64,000 bases of DNA, taken from assembly GCA_963845065.1 (NCBI GenBank), contig CAWJQQ010000001.1:1216001-1280000 (forward strand). Direction: 5' to 3'. This stretch comes from Nitrospirota bacterium (GTDB lineage Bacteria; Nitrospirota; UBA9217). A program made the translations under genes and the position numbers. Positions 45,484-56,263 of the stretch are shown piece after piece. Below the pieces are notes generated by a model. It made no database searches, was not told the origin of the DNA, and was given only the letters and a program-made list of their open reading frames with translations. Within the stretch, counting starts at the first letter, position 1, and each line of letters begins with the position of its first letter.

Positions 45484-46737
45484 ATGGCAATTCAGGCTAT
45501 TAAAGGAGTAAAAGATATACTCCCGGTAGATATTCCTATGTGGCTGCACCTTGAGGCAGTAGCGCGAAAACTGTTCGAGGATTATGGTTTTTCAGAAATC
45601 AGAGTTCCTGTTTTCGAATATACCGAACTTTTTGCACGGAGCATCGGAACGTCGACTGACATTGTGGAAAAAGAGATGTATACTTTTGAGGACCGCGACG
45701 GCAAGAAGATCACCTTGCGCCCAGAAGGTACGGTAGGCGTTGTACGAGCATTTGTCGAGCATAAGATGTATGCGGATAACCAAATAACTCGCCTCTATTA
45801 TATGGGGCCTATGTTCAGGCATGAGCGACCGCAGAAGGGGAGATATCGCCAATTTTACCAGATCGGCGTAGAGGCCCTGGGACTCGATCACCCTCACGTA
45901 GACATTGAAGTACTGGCAATGCTTCACACTTTGTTTACGCGGATCGGCATCAGCAGTCTCAATCTTCAGATCAACTCACTGGGAGACAATACATGCAGGG
46001 GCGCATATCGTGAAGCTCTCAAGTCATATCTAAAAGAAAAACTGCCGACCTTATGCGCAGACTGCCAGAGGCGTTACGAGACCAACCCTCTTCGCGTGCT
46101 TGATTGCAAGATTGACGCAGATAAATTCAGCGATTCCCCAGTCATGCTCGATTACCTTTGCGACCCCTGTAAGGATCACTTTGACACTGTTGAAGCTGGT
46201 CTGCAGAAGCTGAATATTCCTTTTGAAGTAAATCCGCGTCTCGTTCGCGGGCTCGATTACTATACTAGGACTACGTTCGAGCTCGTGATGGGACAAATGG
46301 GAGCACAGAACACTGTTGCGGCGGGCGGCAGGTACGATGGGCTCGTTCAAGAGATCGGCGGCCCTGCCACACCGGGCATTGGTTTCGCGCTCGGTGTTGA
46401 GCGGGCAATCTCGCTTATGGATACCAGTGTTGTCGAAACTCCCCGTCCCGCGCTCTTCCTTTCTGCACTGGGCTCCGAAGCAGTGGCGTTTGCATTGCCT
46501 GTCATTCACAAGCTGAGGGCCTGCGGAATCCGCGTTGATACAGATTACACAGGCAGCAGCCTTAAGAGCCAGATGAAGAAAGCAGACAAGTCCCATGCAG
46601 GCCATACCCTGATCATCGGGGAACAGGAATTGAAGAACGGGAAAGCGATACTGAGAAATATGCATACTAAGGAGCAATCAGAGCTGACATTTGCAACTCT
46701 TATCGAAGACCTTAGGAAAACGCTGGCATCGTCATGA
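45484..46737 (+). CDS. hisS: Histidine--tRNA ligase
   Basis: KEMYTF, LRPEGT, FRHERPQKGRYRQFYQ, LVRGLDYY, GGRYDGL. Confidence 0.98.
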   Translation: MAIQAIKGVKDILPVDIPMWLHLEAVARKLFEDYGFSEIRVPVFEYTELFARSIGTSTDIVEKEMYTFEDRDGKKITLRPEGTVGVVRAFVEHKMYADNQITRLYYMGPMFRHERPQKGRYRQFYQIGVEALGLDHPHVDIEVLAMLHTLFTRIGISSLNLQINSLGDNTCRGAYREALKSYLKEKLPTLCADCQRRYETNPLRVLDCKIDADKFSDSPVMLDYLCDPCKDHFDTVEAGLQKLNIPFEVNPRLVRGLDYYTRTTFELVMGQMGAQNTVAAGGRYDGLVQEIGGPATPGIGFALGVERAISLMDTSVVETPRPALFLSALGSEAVAFALPVIHKLRACGIRVDTDYTGSSLKSQMKKADKSHAGHTLIIGEQELKNGKAILRNMHTKEQSELTFATLIEDLRKTLASS

Positions 46738-47213
46738 AGGTCGGCGTACTATCCGATACGCATGTGCCTTCTATTGTGCCGTCGCTGCCTCCGGTAATCT
46801 ATGATATTTTTAAAGGGGTCGATTTGATCCTCCATGCGGGGGATATCATGGAACTTTCTGTGCTCGACGACCTGAGGGCAATTGCGCCCGTAGAAGCGGT
46901 TGCCGGAAACATGGATAGCGCTGAAGCGCAGGTGCGGCTTCCCTTCAAGAAAGTCATTACGATTGGCAAATTCACTGTAGGCCTCATACACGGCAAGTTT
47001 AAACTGAATATACAGCAGGAGATGATAAGAAAAGAATTTGATAAGGTGGACCTCATCGTCTATGGCCATTCTCACCATCCATTCTGGGGTGCGATTGAGG
47101 GCATTTATTTCCTTAATCCCGGAAGCCCTACGGACAAACAGTATGCACCCTACAATTCAGTCGCATTGTTGGAAGTAGGAGATGAGTTGCGAGCCCAGAT
47201 AATTCGAATTTAA
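46734..47213 (+). CDS. YfcE-family metallophosphoesterase
   Basis: LSDTH, HAGD, GNMD, HG, GHSH, NPGS. Confidence 0.92.
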   Translation: MKVGVLSDTHVPSIVPSLPPVIYDIFKGVDLILHAGDIMELSVLDDLRAIAPVEAVAGNMDSAEAQVRLPFKKVITIGKFTVGLIHGKFKLNIQQEMIRKEFDKVDLIVYGHSHHPFWGAIEGIYFLNPGSPTDKQYAPYNSVALLEVGDELRAQIIRI

Positions 47214-47292
47214 AAACGATATCATGCGCACCGGCTTAGAAATTCTTTTCAAGTTGCAAAGGTCTCTGCTTTATGATAAATTCTGAACATTC

Positions 47293-48723
47293 ATGGCTAT
47301 AGAGAAAATAAAATTCGGGACTTCAGGATGGCGGGGGGTGATAGCCGACGATTTTATCGTCAGCCGGGTCCGTGTCGTAACGCAAGCAATATCAGACCAC
47401 ATCGCGGCACAGGGACTCAAGGACAAAGGCGTGATCGTGGGATACGACACCCGCTTCATGTCCGAGCGGTTCGCGGAAGAGGCTGTTAAGGTTCTAGCAG
47501 CAAACGGCATTCACACCTATCTTTCTAATCGTGACGTCCCTACGCCGGCAGTCTCCTTTGAGATCATCAGAAAAAAAGCGGCTGGCGGCATCAACTTCAC
47601 GGCGAGCCACAACCCACCACAATACAATGGCCTGAAGTTTTCTCCCGCCTGGGGCGGACCGGCGCTTCCTGAAGAGACAAAAGACATCGAGTCCCGGGCC
47701 AATGCCCTTCTCGAAAAAAACTCCATTGCAGTCATGCCCCTTGCTGAGGCAAGACAGAAGGGCATGGTTGACGATGCCGACCTTCGAAAGGTCTACTTCG
47801 ACGATCTTAAAAAAAAGATCGATTTCGATCCGATAAAAAAAGCAAAACTCAAAATTGCCGTTGATCTGCTGTATGGGACAGGGCGGGATTATCTTGACAG
47901 TGCACTCAAGGACGCGGGATGCGCTGTTACCGTACTTCATGGCTATCGCGACGTTTTGTTTGGCGGCAATTCACCCGAACCCTCGGAAGCGAACTTGGCT
48001 GAGCTTGCAGCGCTATTGAGAAAAGGCAAATTCAATATCGGCCTTGCAGTCGATGGCGATGCTGACCGTTTCGGCGTAATGGACCTGGACGGTACCTATA
48101 TCAACCCCAACCAGATTCTGGCGCTGGCCCTGGATTATCTTTGCCGCACGAGGGGCTGGAAAGGCGGCGCAGCGCGCTCTATCGCAACATCGCACCTGAT
48201 CGATGCAGTGGCGAAAAAACACGGTATTGAGGTCTATGAAACGGGTGTGGGATTCAAGTTCATTGGAGACCTGCTCGTGCAGGGCAAGATCATCTTTGGG
48301 GGTGAGGAAAGCGCCGGTTTGACCATTAAAGACCATGTGCCGGAAAAAGACGGAATCCTGGCCTGCCTCCTAGTTGCAGAAATGGTATCAAGCGAAAAGA
48401 AGTCTATCAAGGAACTGCTGAAGCGGCTTTATAAAGAAGTCGGTGTCATTCTTGATGATCGGATCAATATCCGAATCACGGAAACCAATCGTAAAGCTGT
48501 TGAAAACCGGCTGAGCCACCCCTTGAGCGAACTCGGGGGTTTCCGTGTTAAGGGCAAAAAAACTACTGCTGATGGGACCAAATATATGCTGGAGGACGAC
48601 AGCTGGGTACTGATGCGTGCGTCAGGTACCGAGCCGGTGGTGCGGGTTTACGTCGAATCATCGTCGGACGAAAAGATTAAGACACTGATCGATGCAGGCA
48701 GGAAATTCATTATGGGACAGTAA
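47293..48723 (+). CDS. Phosphoglucomutase/phosphomannomutase
   Basis: FGTSGWRG, TASHNP, DGDADRFG, GEESAG, RASGTEP. Confidence 0.95.
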   Translation: MAIEKIKFGTSGWRGVIADDFIVSRVRVVTQAISDHIAAQGLKDKGVIVGYDTRFMSERFAEEAVKVLAANGIHTYLSNRDVPTPAVSFEIIRKKAAGGINFTASHNPPQYNGLKFSPAWGGPALPEETKDIESRANALLEKNSIAVMPLAEARQKGMVDDADLRKVYFDDLKKKIDFDPIKKAKLKIAVDLLYGTGRDYLDSALKDAGCAVTVLHGYRDVLFGGNSPEPSEANLAELAALLRKGKFNIGLAVDGDADRFGVMDLDGTYINPNQILALALDYLCRTRGWKGGAARSIATSHLIDAVAKKHGIEVYETGVGFKFIGDLLVQGKIIFGGEESAGLTIKDHVPEKDGILACLLVAEMVSSEKKSIKELLKRLYKEVGVILDDRINIRITETNRKAVENRLSHPLSELGGFRVKGKKTTADGTKYMLEDDSWVLMRASGTEPVVRVYVESSSDEKIKTLIDAGRKFIMGQ

Positions 48724-48793
48724 AATATAATGATATAGAATTTTGAAGATTACAGATTGAAATGGACCTAATTGATCAGAATCGGTAAGCTGA

Positions 48794-50104
<1,311 letters not shown>

Positions 50105-50213
50105 ACAACGGACGCTTGCTCCCCGAAGAGAAGAAGTCAAAAGCAGTCTTTTGGATCTCTGTTGCTGTCAGCCCGACTCACTGTTTTGCAAGATGCATTT
50201 ATCACAGATAATT

Positions 50214-50639
50214 ATGGATCGTCCCTCCTTCGATAAGATCGTGACAAAATCGCTGAAACGACTTCCCGGAAAATTCAGAAAGAGACTGCATAATCTTGTC
50301 ATCGACATCGAAGATCAGCCTCCACAAGCGCTTTTGGATGACATGGGAATATTATCAGGTTCGCTTTTTGGACTCTATCAGGGGGTGCCGCTGCCGGAGC
50401 GGGAATGGAATTACGGAAATGCACTACCGGATAGGATCGTCATCTATCAAAAAGTCATTGAACGCGCTGCTTCATCTGATAATGAGATAGAGGAGATCGT
50501 CCTTGATACCGTCGTTCATGAGATAGGACATTATTTTGGATTCGACGACGATACTCTTCATTCGATAGAAGTCGAAAAAAAAAGAAGAAATGAGGAAAAT
50601 AGGAGGAGCGGGACGACAACCAAAGAAACAGATAAATAA
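50214..50639 (+). CDS. Zincin-like metallopeptidase family protein
   Basis: LFGLYQGVPL, PDRIVIYQ, TVVHEIGHYFG. Start taken at ATG 50214. Confidence 0.88.
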   Translation: MDRPSFDKIVTKSLKRLPGKFRKRLHNLVIDIEDQPPQALLDDMGILSGSLFGLYQGVPLPEREWNYGNALPDRIVIYQKVIERAASSDNEIEEIVLDTVVHEIGHYFGFDDDTLHSIEVEKKRRNEENRRSGTTTKETDK

Positions 50640-50742
50640 CTATATTGAGTTTGTCCGTTTCCGCGCAGTTCGGTGCTAGATGGCAGTAATTGCATTCATA
50701 TGTTATTTATAAGATTCTGTTTTTTGCATGACTGGACCGTGC

Positions 50743-51222
50743 TTAGCAATATATTTTTAAAATCTTTTCTATGATCCCAGTTGTAGATGCCCCTTCAACA
50801 TATGGAACATTTATGACACGCCCGCCTCTCGCTTCAACCACATCCCTGCCGATGATTTTTTCGATAGGCCAATCGCCACCCTTGACCAGAATATCAGGCT
50901 TCAATTCAGAGATGACCCGATAGGGGTCCGTCTCGTCAAAGACAGTAACAAAATCTACCGCTTGAAGGGCAGCCAAGGTCTCCATTCGGTCGGCTTGGGA
51001 GTTTATCGGTCTTTTTCCGCCTTTAATCTTTCTGACTGATGCATCACTGTTGACAGCAACAACGAGCAAATCCCCGTAAGATTTTGCCTGCGCAAGATAA
51101 CGCGTATGGCCAGTATGAATGATGTCAAAACATCCGTTCGTAAAAATAATTCTTTTACCGGTGCTACGCAAGATGTCCAGAAGTGGACAAAGTTCTGCAA
51201 CTGTTTTAATTTTATTGTGCAT
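50743..51222 (-). CDS. rfaE2: D-glycero-beta-D-manno-heptose 1-phosphate adenylyltransferase
   Basis: FTNGCFDIIHTGH, NSDASVRKIKG…RP, LVKGGDW, STT. Confidence 0.95.
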   Translation of the reverse strand: MHNKIKTVAELCPLLDILRSTGKRIIFTNGCFDIIHTGHTRYLAQAKSYGDLLVVAVNSDASVRKIKGGKRPINSQADRMETLAALQAVDFVTVFDETDPYRVISELKPDILVKGGDWPIEKIIGRDVVEARGGRVINVPYVEGASTTGIIEKILKIYC

Positions 51223-51315
51223 AAAAAACTATAATATAAAACGGACAATAAATCAAGCGATCGTTGAAAATCAGGTTTTCCTCTTTCCAATGCGATCAAA
51301 AGTATTTTGTTTCCC

Positions 51316-51343
51316 TTGACAACGTTAAAAGGTTAGATATACT
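51316..51343 (+). promoter_or_regulatory. sigma70-type promoter (TTGACA-16-TATACT); -10 box 6 nt before the rrf2 ATG
   Basis: TTGACA 51316-51321, TATACT 51338-51343, then aaaacc ATG. Confidence 0.7.
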
Positions 51344-51349
51344 AAAACC

Positions 51350-51757
51350 ATGCATGTCACACGTGAAGGTGATTACGGAATCCGTAGTGTTTTGTACCTC
51401 GCAAGCCAACCATTTAAAAAAGTCAGCTTCATCAATGAAATTGCTGAGGAGTATAAAATTCCCAGGAGTTTTCTTGCAAAGATCCTGCAAAAGCTTGTCA
51501 AAGCTAAGATTGTACGTTCTTACCGGGGAGTTAAAGGCGGCTTTTCACTCGCCAAGCAGTCTCGAGAGATTACTGTGCTCGAAGTCCTCGAAGCAATCGA
51601 AGGAAAGCTCTATTTCAATCTTTGCCTCATGGATAAAAAAAAATGCAACTTTTCTAAACACTGCCCCACAATCCAGCTATGGGCCAATGTACAGACCAAG
51701 GTGGCCGATACTCTGAAAAAAGCAAATTTTGAAGATCTTTCTAAATTAAAAGTCTAA
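51350..51757 (+). CDS. Rrf2-family transcriptional regulator with three C-terminal Cys
   Basis: DYGIRSV, FLAKILQKL, SYRGVKGGFSLA, CLMDKKKCNFSKHC. Confidence 0.93.
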   Translation: MHVTREGDYGIRSVLYLASQPFKKVSFINEIAEEYKIPRSFLAKILQKLVKAKIVRSYRGVKGGFSLAKQSREITVLEVLEAIEGKLYFNLCLMDKKKCNFSKHCPTIQLWANVQTKVADTLKKANFEDLSKLKV

Positions 51758-51793
51758 GCTATCCGCGTTTCACCTATAAGATTGGAGCGCCAT

Positions 51794-53191
51794 ATGACAC
51801 CGGATACTCAGTATGACTATCGTGCAATTAAAGGGTTCGCGATTTCATCTCTGTTTTGGGGGGTTGTAGGGCTCATCGTCGGTCTCCTCATATCCCTGCA
51901 GCTGGTCTACCCTTCGCTCAATTTTCCGCCTTGGTTCACCTATGGCAGACTTAGACCACTCCACACAAACGCTGTCATTTATGGTTTCACCATCCCCGCT
52001 GCATTCGCCATGTTTTTCTATCTGGTGCAGCGGCTGGGCAGGACACGGCTCGCATTCCCGAGACTCGCACAGGTCACGCTGTATTTCTTCAATGTAGCCA
52101 TTGTGCTCGCTGCGCTTTCGCTCCTTGCCGGCATGACCCAAAGCAAGGAATATTCCGAACTTGAATGGCCGCTCGACATCGGGGTAGTGATCCTGTGGGT
52201 TATGTTCTCAATCAACATCATCGCCACGATCATGAAACGGAAAGAAGAGCAGATGTATGTTTCCCTCTGGTACATTCTCGCTACAGTCGTTGGCGTCGCC
52301 ATCGTTTACATCGGGAACAATATTGCGGTCCCCGTTTCCTGGTTCAAGTCCTATTCCATCTACGCCGGCGCGAATGATGCGAACGTCCAGTGGTGGTTCG
52401 GGCATAATGCCGTGGCCTTTGTCTTTACTACGCTGCCCCTTGCAGTATTCTACTACGTCCTTCCGAAAACAACAAACGCGCCATTATTCAGCCACCGTCT
52501 TTCGATCATCGGTTTCTGGTCCCTGGTTTTTGGCTATCTTTGGACAGGTGCACACCATCTGATTTATACGCCGCTCCCGGACTGGATCCAGACCGTAGCC
52601 ATCGCGTTCAGTATTTTCTTGATTGCACCATCATGGGCATCGGTCATAAATGGGTATGGAACGATGAAAGGCCAATGGCAACAGATGAGGTCTAACTACC
52701 TGGTTAAGTTTATCGTCATGGCAATCACGTTCTACGGCATGCAGACCATTCAGGGGCCGAGCCAGGCAATCCGTACCTTCAGTGCACTCATCCATTACAC
52801 GGACTGGGTGATCGGACATGTGCATATGGGCACTATGGGATGGGTAACGATGACGCTTTCGGCGGGGTTTTATTACATGGTCCCTCGCATTTACAACACG
52901 GAGGTGTACAGCGTAAAACTGGCGAACCTGCACTTTTGGCTCGTGCTCGTGGGGCAGCTTATCTATTCCGTAACAATGTGGATTACGGGCATTCGCCAGG
53001 GAGCAATGTGGCAGGCAATGGAAAAGGACGGCAGCCTTGTCTATCCTAATTTTATGCAGACACTGGCGCCGAATTACCTTTTCTGGAACATGCGTACCAT
53101 AGGAGGGGTTATTTTCTTCGCGGGATTCCTGGTGTTTGTCTATAATATTTATAAGACCATCAGGTCCGCGCCGGCTGTTCAGATTGCATGA
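51794..53191 (+). CDS. ccoN: cbb3-type cytochrome c oxidase subunit I
   Basis: YGRLRPLHTN, KEYSELEW, QWWFGHNAV, GAHH, HYTDWVIGHVH. Start taken at ATG 51794 after GGAG. Confidence 0.96.
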   Translation: MTPDTQYDYRAIKGFAISSLFWGVVGLIVGLLISLQLVYPSLNFPPWFTYGRLRPLHTNAVIYGFTIPAAFAMFFYLVQRLGRTRLAFPRLAQVTLYFFNVAIVLAALSLLAGMTQSKEYSELEWPLDIGVVILWVMFSINIIATIMKRKEEQMYVSLWYILATVVGVAIVYIGNNIAVPVSWFKSYSIYAGANDANVQWWFGHNAVAFVFTTLPLAVFYYVLPKTTNAPLFSHRLSIIGFWSLVFGYLWTGAHHLIYTPLPDWIQTVAIAFSIFLIAPSWASVINGYGTMKGQWQQMRSNYLVKFIVMAITFYGMQTIQGPSQAIRTFSALIHYTDWVIGHVHMGTMGWVTMTLSAGFYYMVPRIYNTEVYSVKLANLHFWLVLVGQLIYSVTMWITGIRQGAMWQAMEKDGSLVYPNFMQTLAPNYLFWNMRTIGGVIFFAGFLVFVYNIYKTIRSAPAVQIA

Positions 53192-53218
53192 TGATGAGTA
53201 GATTAAGAGGAGATTCCT

Positions 53219-53791
53219 ATGAATGTCGATAAAAGACCTGTTACCTTCATCATCCTGGCAACGCTTTCGATACTGGTAGGAACACTATTGACTACATTCA
53301 TACCCTTATATCTCGGGACCGCGACACCGTCCCTCGAAAAAATCATTCCTTACAAACCGATTGAAGTAGAGGGTAGGGACATCTATATTCGAGAAGGCTG
53401 CAACAATTGCCATTCGCAGACGGTCAGACCGCTGGCCTTTGAAACGGCTCGTTACGGCACACCATCAAAACTTGAAGAGTCGGCCATCGACCGACCTCAC
53501 TTGTGGGGGTCTAAGAGAACCGGTCCGGATCTTGCGCACGTCGGCAAAAAATATCCGCCAGCCTGGCACTATATGCATTTAAAGGACCCACGCAGCATGT
53601 ACCGTGATTCGAATATGCCGGCATATGCCTGGCTTGCTGATAGAAAGCTAGACACAACGTATACGGAGAGGAAAATGCATATTCTCGGTTATCCCTATAC
53701 GACCGAAGACTTACAAGCACTGTCGGGTAAAACTGAAATGGACGCACTTGTTTCATATCTCATGCGTTTGGGAAGGGAGTTAAGACAATAA
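53219..53791 (+). CDS. ccoO: cbb3-type cytochrome c oxidase subunit II
   Basis: GRDIYIREGCNNCHSQTVRP, WGSKRTGPDL, SNMPAY. Confidence 0.96.
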   Translation: MNVDKRPVTFIILATLSILVGTLLTTFIPLYLGTATPSLEKIIPYKPIEVEGRDIYIREGCNNCHSQTVRPLAFETARYGTPSKLEESAIDRPHLWGSKRTGPDLAHVGKKYPPAWHYMHLKDPRSMYRDSNMPAYAWLADRKLDTTYTERKMHILGYPYTTEDLQALSGKTEMDALVSYLMRLGRELRQ

Positions 53792-53792
53792 C

Positions 53793-53933
53793 ATGGCTAT
53801 GAAAGAGTTTATATATTACGGGTTCACGATTGTGTTGGTCTGTGTTTTTATAGGTATCGTGATCTACTTTTATCGTCCTAAACGGAAAGCGAAAGTGGAA
53901 CAACCGAAATACCGGATGCTCGATGATGATTGA
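53793..53933 (+). CDS. ccoQ: cbb3-type oxidase small subunit CcoQ (46 aa)
   Basis: Not in the ORF track. MAMKEFIYYGFTIVLVCVFIGIVIYFYRPKRKAKVEQPKYRMLDDD: single TM plus basic/acidic tail, between ccoO and ccoP. Confidence 0.88.
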   Translation: MAMKEFIYYGFTIVLVCVFIGIVIYFYRPKRKAKVEQPKYRMLDDD

Positions 53934-53972
53934 GATTGAGTAGCAAGCACGATGCTTTATGCGGAGACAAAC

Positions 53973-54461
53973 ATGAGCGAATATGATGGCATAAAAGAAC
54001 GGGAAGAGGGGAAGTCAAAAATGCCTTTGGGCATGACGATACTTTTTGCTGGGCTCATTATTATTGGGCTTTGCTATATGTATCTTTTTTCGCCTCAGAC
54101 GACTGGTTGGTCTGAGTTAAAACAGTATTACCAACACAGTGAGGCCTTAAAACAGAATATTACCATCCCGGAGGTGAAAGAAACGGCTCGGCCCGGCGAA
54201 TTCGGGAAGGAAGTCACCAGCGTGGCACTGGGCCCGGCATTGTATAAGGAAAATTGCGCCATGTGTCACGGCGAAAATTTCGAAGGCGGCATCGGCCCTG
54301 TACTGGGTGGCCCCAAGTTTATTTACGGTAATACGGTTGCCGATTATATACGCGTGATCAGCGCCGGCACGTCGAAAGGGATGCCGTCATTCTCGAGCCA
54401 GCTCAGTCCAGAAAAGATAAGTGCTGTGGCCCATTATGTTTTTTCCCACCATGCGAAGTAG
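53973..54461 (+). CDS. ccoP: cbb3-type oxidase subunit III, short mono-heme form
   Basis: EYDGIKE…MP N-terminal motif, TM, single CAMCH, GIGP, KGMPSF. Start 53973 (GGAG RBS) or 53952. Confidence 0.85.
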   Translation: MSEYDGIKEREEGKSKMPLGMTILFAGLIIIGLCYMYLFSPQTTGWSELKQYYQHSEALKQNITIPEVKETARPGEFGKEVTSVALGPALYKENCAMCHGENFEGGIGPVLGGPKFIYGNTVADYIRVISAGTSKGMPSFSSQLSPEKISAVAHYVFSHHAK

Positions 54462-54467
54462 TCAGGA

Positions 54468-55715
54468 ATGAAAAAAATGTCTTTTCGGACCAAGCGTAGC
54501 ATTGTTGCGTGGTTGCAGGCAGTGATGCTGCTCGGTCTCCCCTTTATGAAGGTGAATGGCGAAAGCGCCTTTCGCTTTGATGTTCCGTCCCTCAAATTAT
54601 ACTTTTTTGGTTCTGTCATCGGGATAAGCGAGTCATACTTCTTCCTGCTTGTCTTTCTTCTTTTTTTTCTCGGCGTTATGATTGTAACGCTTCTCTACGG
54701 CCGCATCTGGTGCGGCTGGATGTGTCCTCAGTCGGTTCTGTCCGATTTCGCGAGACGGTTGATTGCCGTACCATGGATCAGCCGTCATAAGTACATCAGT
54801 CAGACCGTCTCGCATGGCATCCTCTTTATCTTTTCTACCCTTGTCGCAGCCGACCTGATCTGGTATTTTATCTCTCCCTATGACATGATAAGGGAAGTAT
54901 TCCACGGGTCGCTTGGATCCTGGACATCGGGCTCGTGGTTATTTTTTACCATACTGTTATACATGGACCTGGCTTTTGTTAGACAATATTTCTGTGGGTC
55001 CGTCTGCCCGTATGCGAGATTTCAAAGCGCTTTTTTTGATGACAGGACACTGACAATCGCTTTCGACCGGAAACATGCAGACGAATGCATGGGGTGCGAA
55101 GCATGCGTGCGTGCGTGTCCATCAGGGATAGATATTCGCGAGGGTCTTCAGGTTGAGTGCATCAACTGTGCTGAATGCATCGACGCATGCCGGTCACAGG
55201 CAGAGAAAATTGGAAAGAGGTTGCTTATTCGGTATGTCCCGGGATTATCAGGAGAGTCAGTCCCAAAGGGGAGGCGGGTCCGCGTGATATGGCTTTCTAT
55301 TGCCTTTGCCTGTATCGCTATGCAGCTTGCGTATCAAATTTATATCAGAGTGCCTGTTGATTTTTGGGTTTTTCGCGACGAGCCTCAACTGATCGAGCCA
55401 GAAGGCGATCACGACGGTATAATGAATTCCTATTCGATGACAATTGAAAACCGGTCACTTAACCCTGCTATTTATCAATTAAGTATTGCTGGGATAAAAA
55501 ATGCCGAACTGGAAATTTCACGAAATCCTTTCATCATCCCTTCAAATACTGGAATGAAAATGAATGTCAATGTGTATGTGAAGAGAAAGGACCTCACGTA
55601 CCGGCTCACACAGCTGCGTTTTATTCTTCAGAACCTTACCTCACGTGAGATAAAATTGGAACAGGAGGCTCCCTTCATCTATCCGGAACAGACGGAACAG
55701 GAGAAAGAAATATAG
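54468..55715 (+). CDS. ccoG: CcoG/FixG 4Fe-4S membrane protein
   Basis: GRIWCGWMCPQ, FCGSVCPYARFQ, CMGCEACVRACPSGIDIR, CINCAECIDAC, C-terminal Ig-like region. Confidence 0.93.
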   Translation: MKKMSFRTKRSIVAWLQAVMLLGLPFMKVNGESAFRFDVPSLKLYFFGSVIGISESYFFLLVFLLFFLGVMIVTLLYGRIWCGWMCPQSVLSDFARRLIAVPWISRHKYISQTVSHGILFIFSTLVAADLIWYFISPYDMIREVFHGSLGSWTSGSWLFFTILLYMDLAFVRQYFCGSVCPYARFQSAFFDDRTLTIAFDRKHADECMGCEACVRACPSGIDIREGLQVECINCAECIDACRSQAEKIGKRLLIRYVPGLSGESVPKGRRVRVIWLSIAFACIAMQLAYQIYIRVPVDFWVFRDEPQLIEPEGDHDGIMNSYSMTIENRSLNPAIYQLSIAGIKNAELEISRNPFIIPSNTGMKMNVNVYVKRKDLTYRLTQLRFILQNLTSREIKLEQEAPFIYPEQTEQEKEI

Positions 55716-55780
55716 TTTGGTAACGGATTATATGGATGAGATAGGACAGAAACACATGGGAAATAGGGTATAATAATACT

Positions 55781-55924
55781 ATGCTCTGGACAATCCTAGC
55801 GCTAATAGTTCTTATGTTTTTTTTGGGACTTGCCGCCTGGTTCACTTTTATTTGGGCCGTAAAGACGGGTCAGTTCGATGACATAGAACGACCGAAACAC
55901 CGGATGCTCGATGATGACAGTTGA
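55781..55924 (+). CDS. ccoS: cbb3 oxidase assembly protein CcoS (47 aa)
   Basis: Not in the ORF track. MLWTILALIVLMFFLGLAAWFTFIWAVKTGQFDDIERPKHRMLDDDS carries the WAVxxGQFDD signature. Confidence 0.9.
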   Translation: MLWTILALIVLMFFLGLAAWFTFIWAVKTGQFDDIERPKHRMLDDDS

Positions 55925-56195
55925 TAGATATATCGAGTAACGCGATCTAAAGCCTGAAGAAAGAATAGCATCGCAAAGGATGCAAGCCGAATTGCTCTGC
56001 GCCAGACTGACGATTCGTTATTTCGTCATTATGGCATAGCAGCGTTCATGCAAACTGAATTGCTCAGAAAACATATCCAATCTTCATGCATCACTGCCGA
56101 GATGCATGCTCCGATGTACTTGTCAGACAGGTTATTCCTGAAAGTCCTTCACGCAGGTGCGGTCAACAATTGACAGAGTGAACTGTAAAAAAACC

Positions 56196-56223
56196 TTGAC
56201 ACATCAAGGAGATTTGGTATATT
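56196..56223 (+). promoter_or_regulatory. sigma70-type promoter (TTGACA-16-TATATT, extended TG) for tetR
   Basis: TTGACA 56196-56201, TATATT 56218-56223. Confidence 0.65.
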
Positions 56224-56234
56224 CTCATTTCAAT

Positions 56235-56260
56235 TATTTAATTAACCGGTTAGTTAAATA
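56235..56260. promoter_or_regulatory. 26-bp palindrome, probable TetR operator
   Basis: TATTTAATTAACCGGTTAGTTAAATA with one mismatched pair, between the promoter and the tetR ATG. Confidence 0.75.
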
Positions 56261-56263
56261 GCC

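Noticed and set aside
55980..56065. 16/18-nt direct repeat ATGCAA(G/A)C(C/T)GAATTGCTC and short ORFs after ccoS, considered as a ccoI remnant
   Set aside because: Only two copies, and no P-type ATPase motif can be read in any frame.
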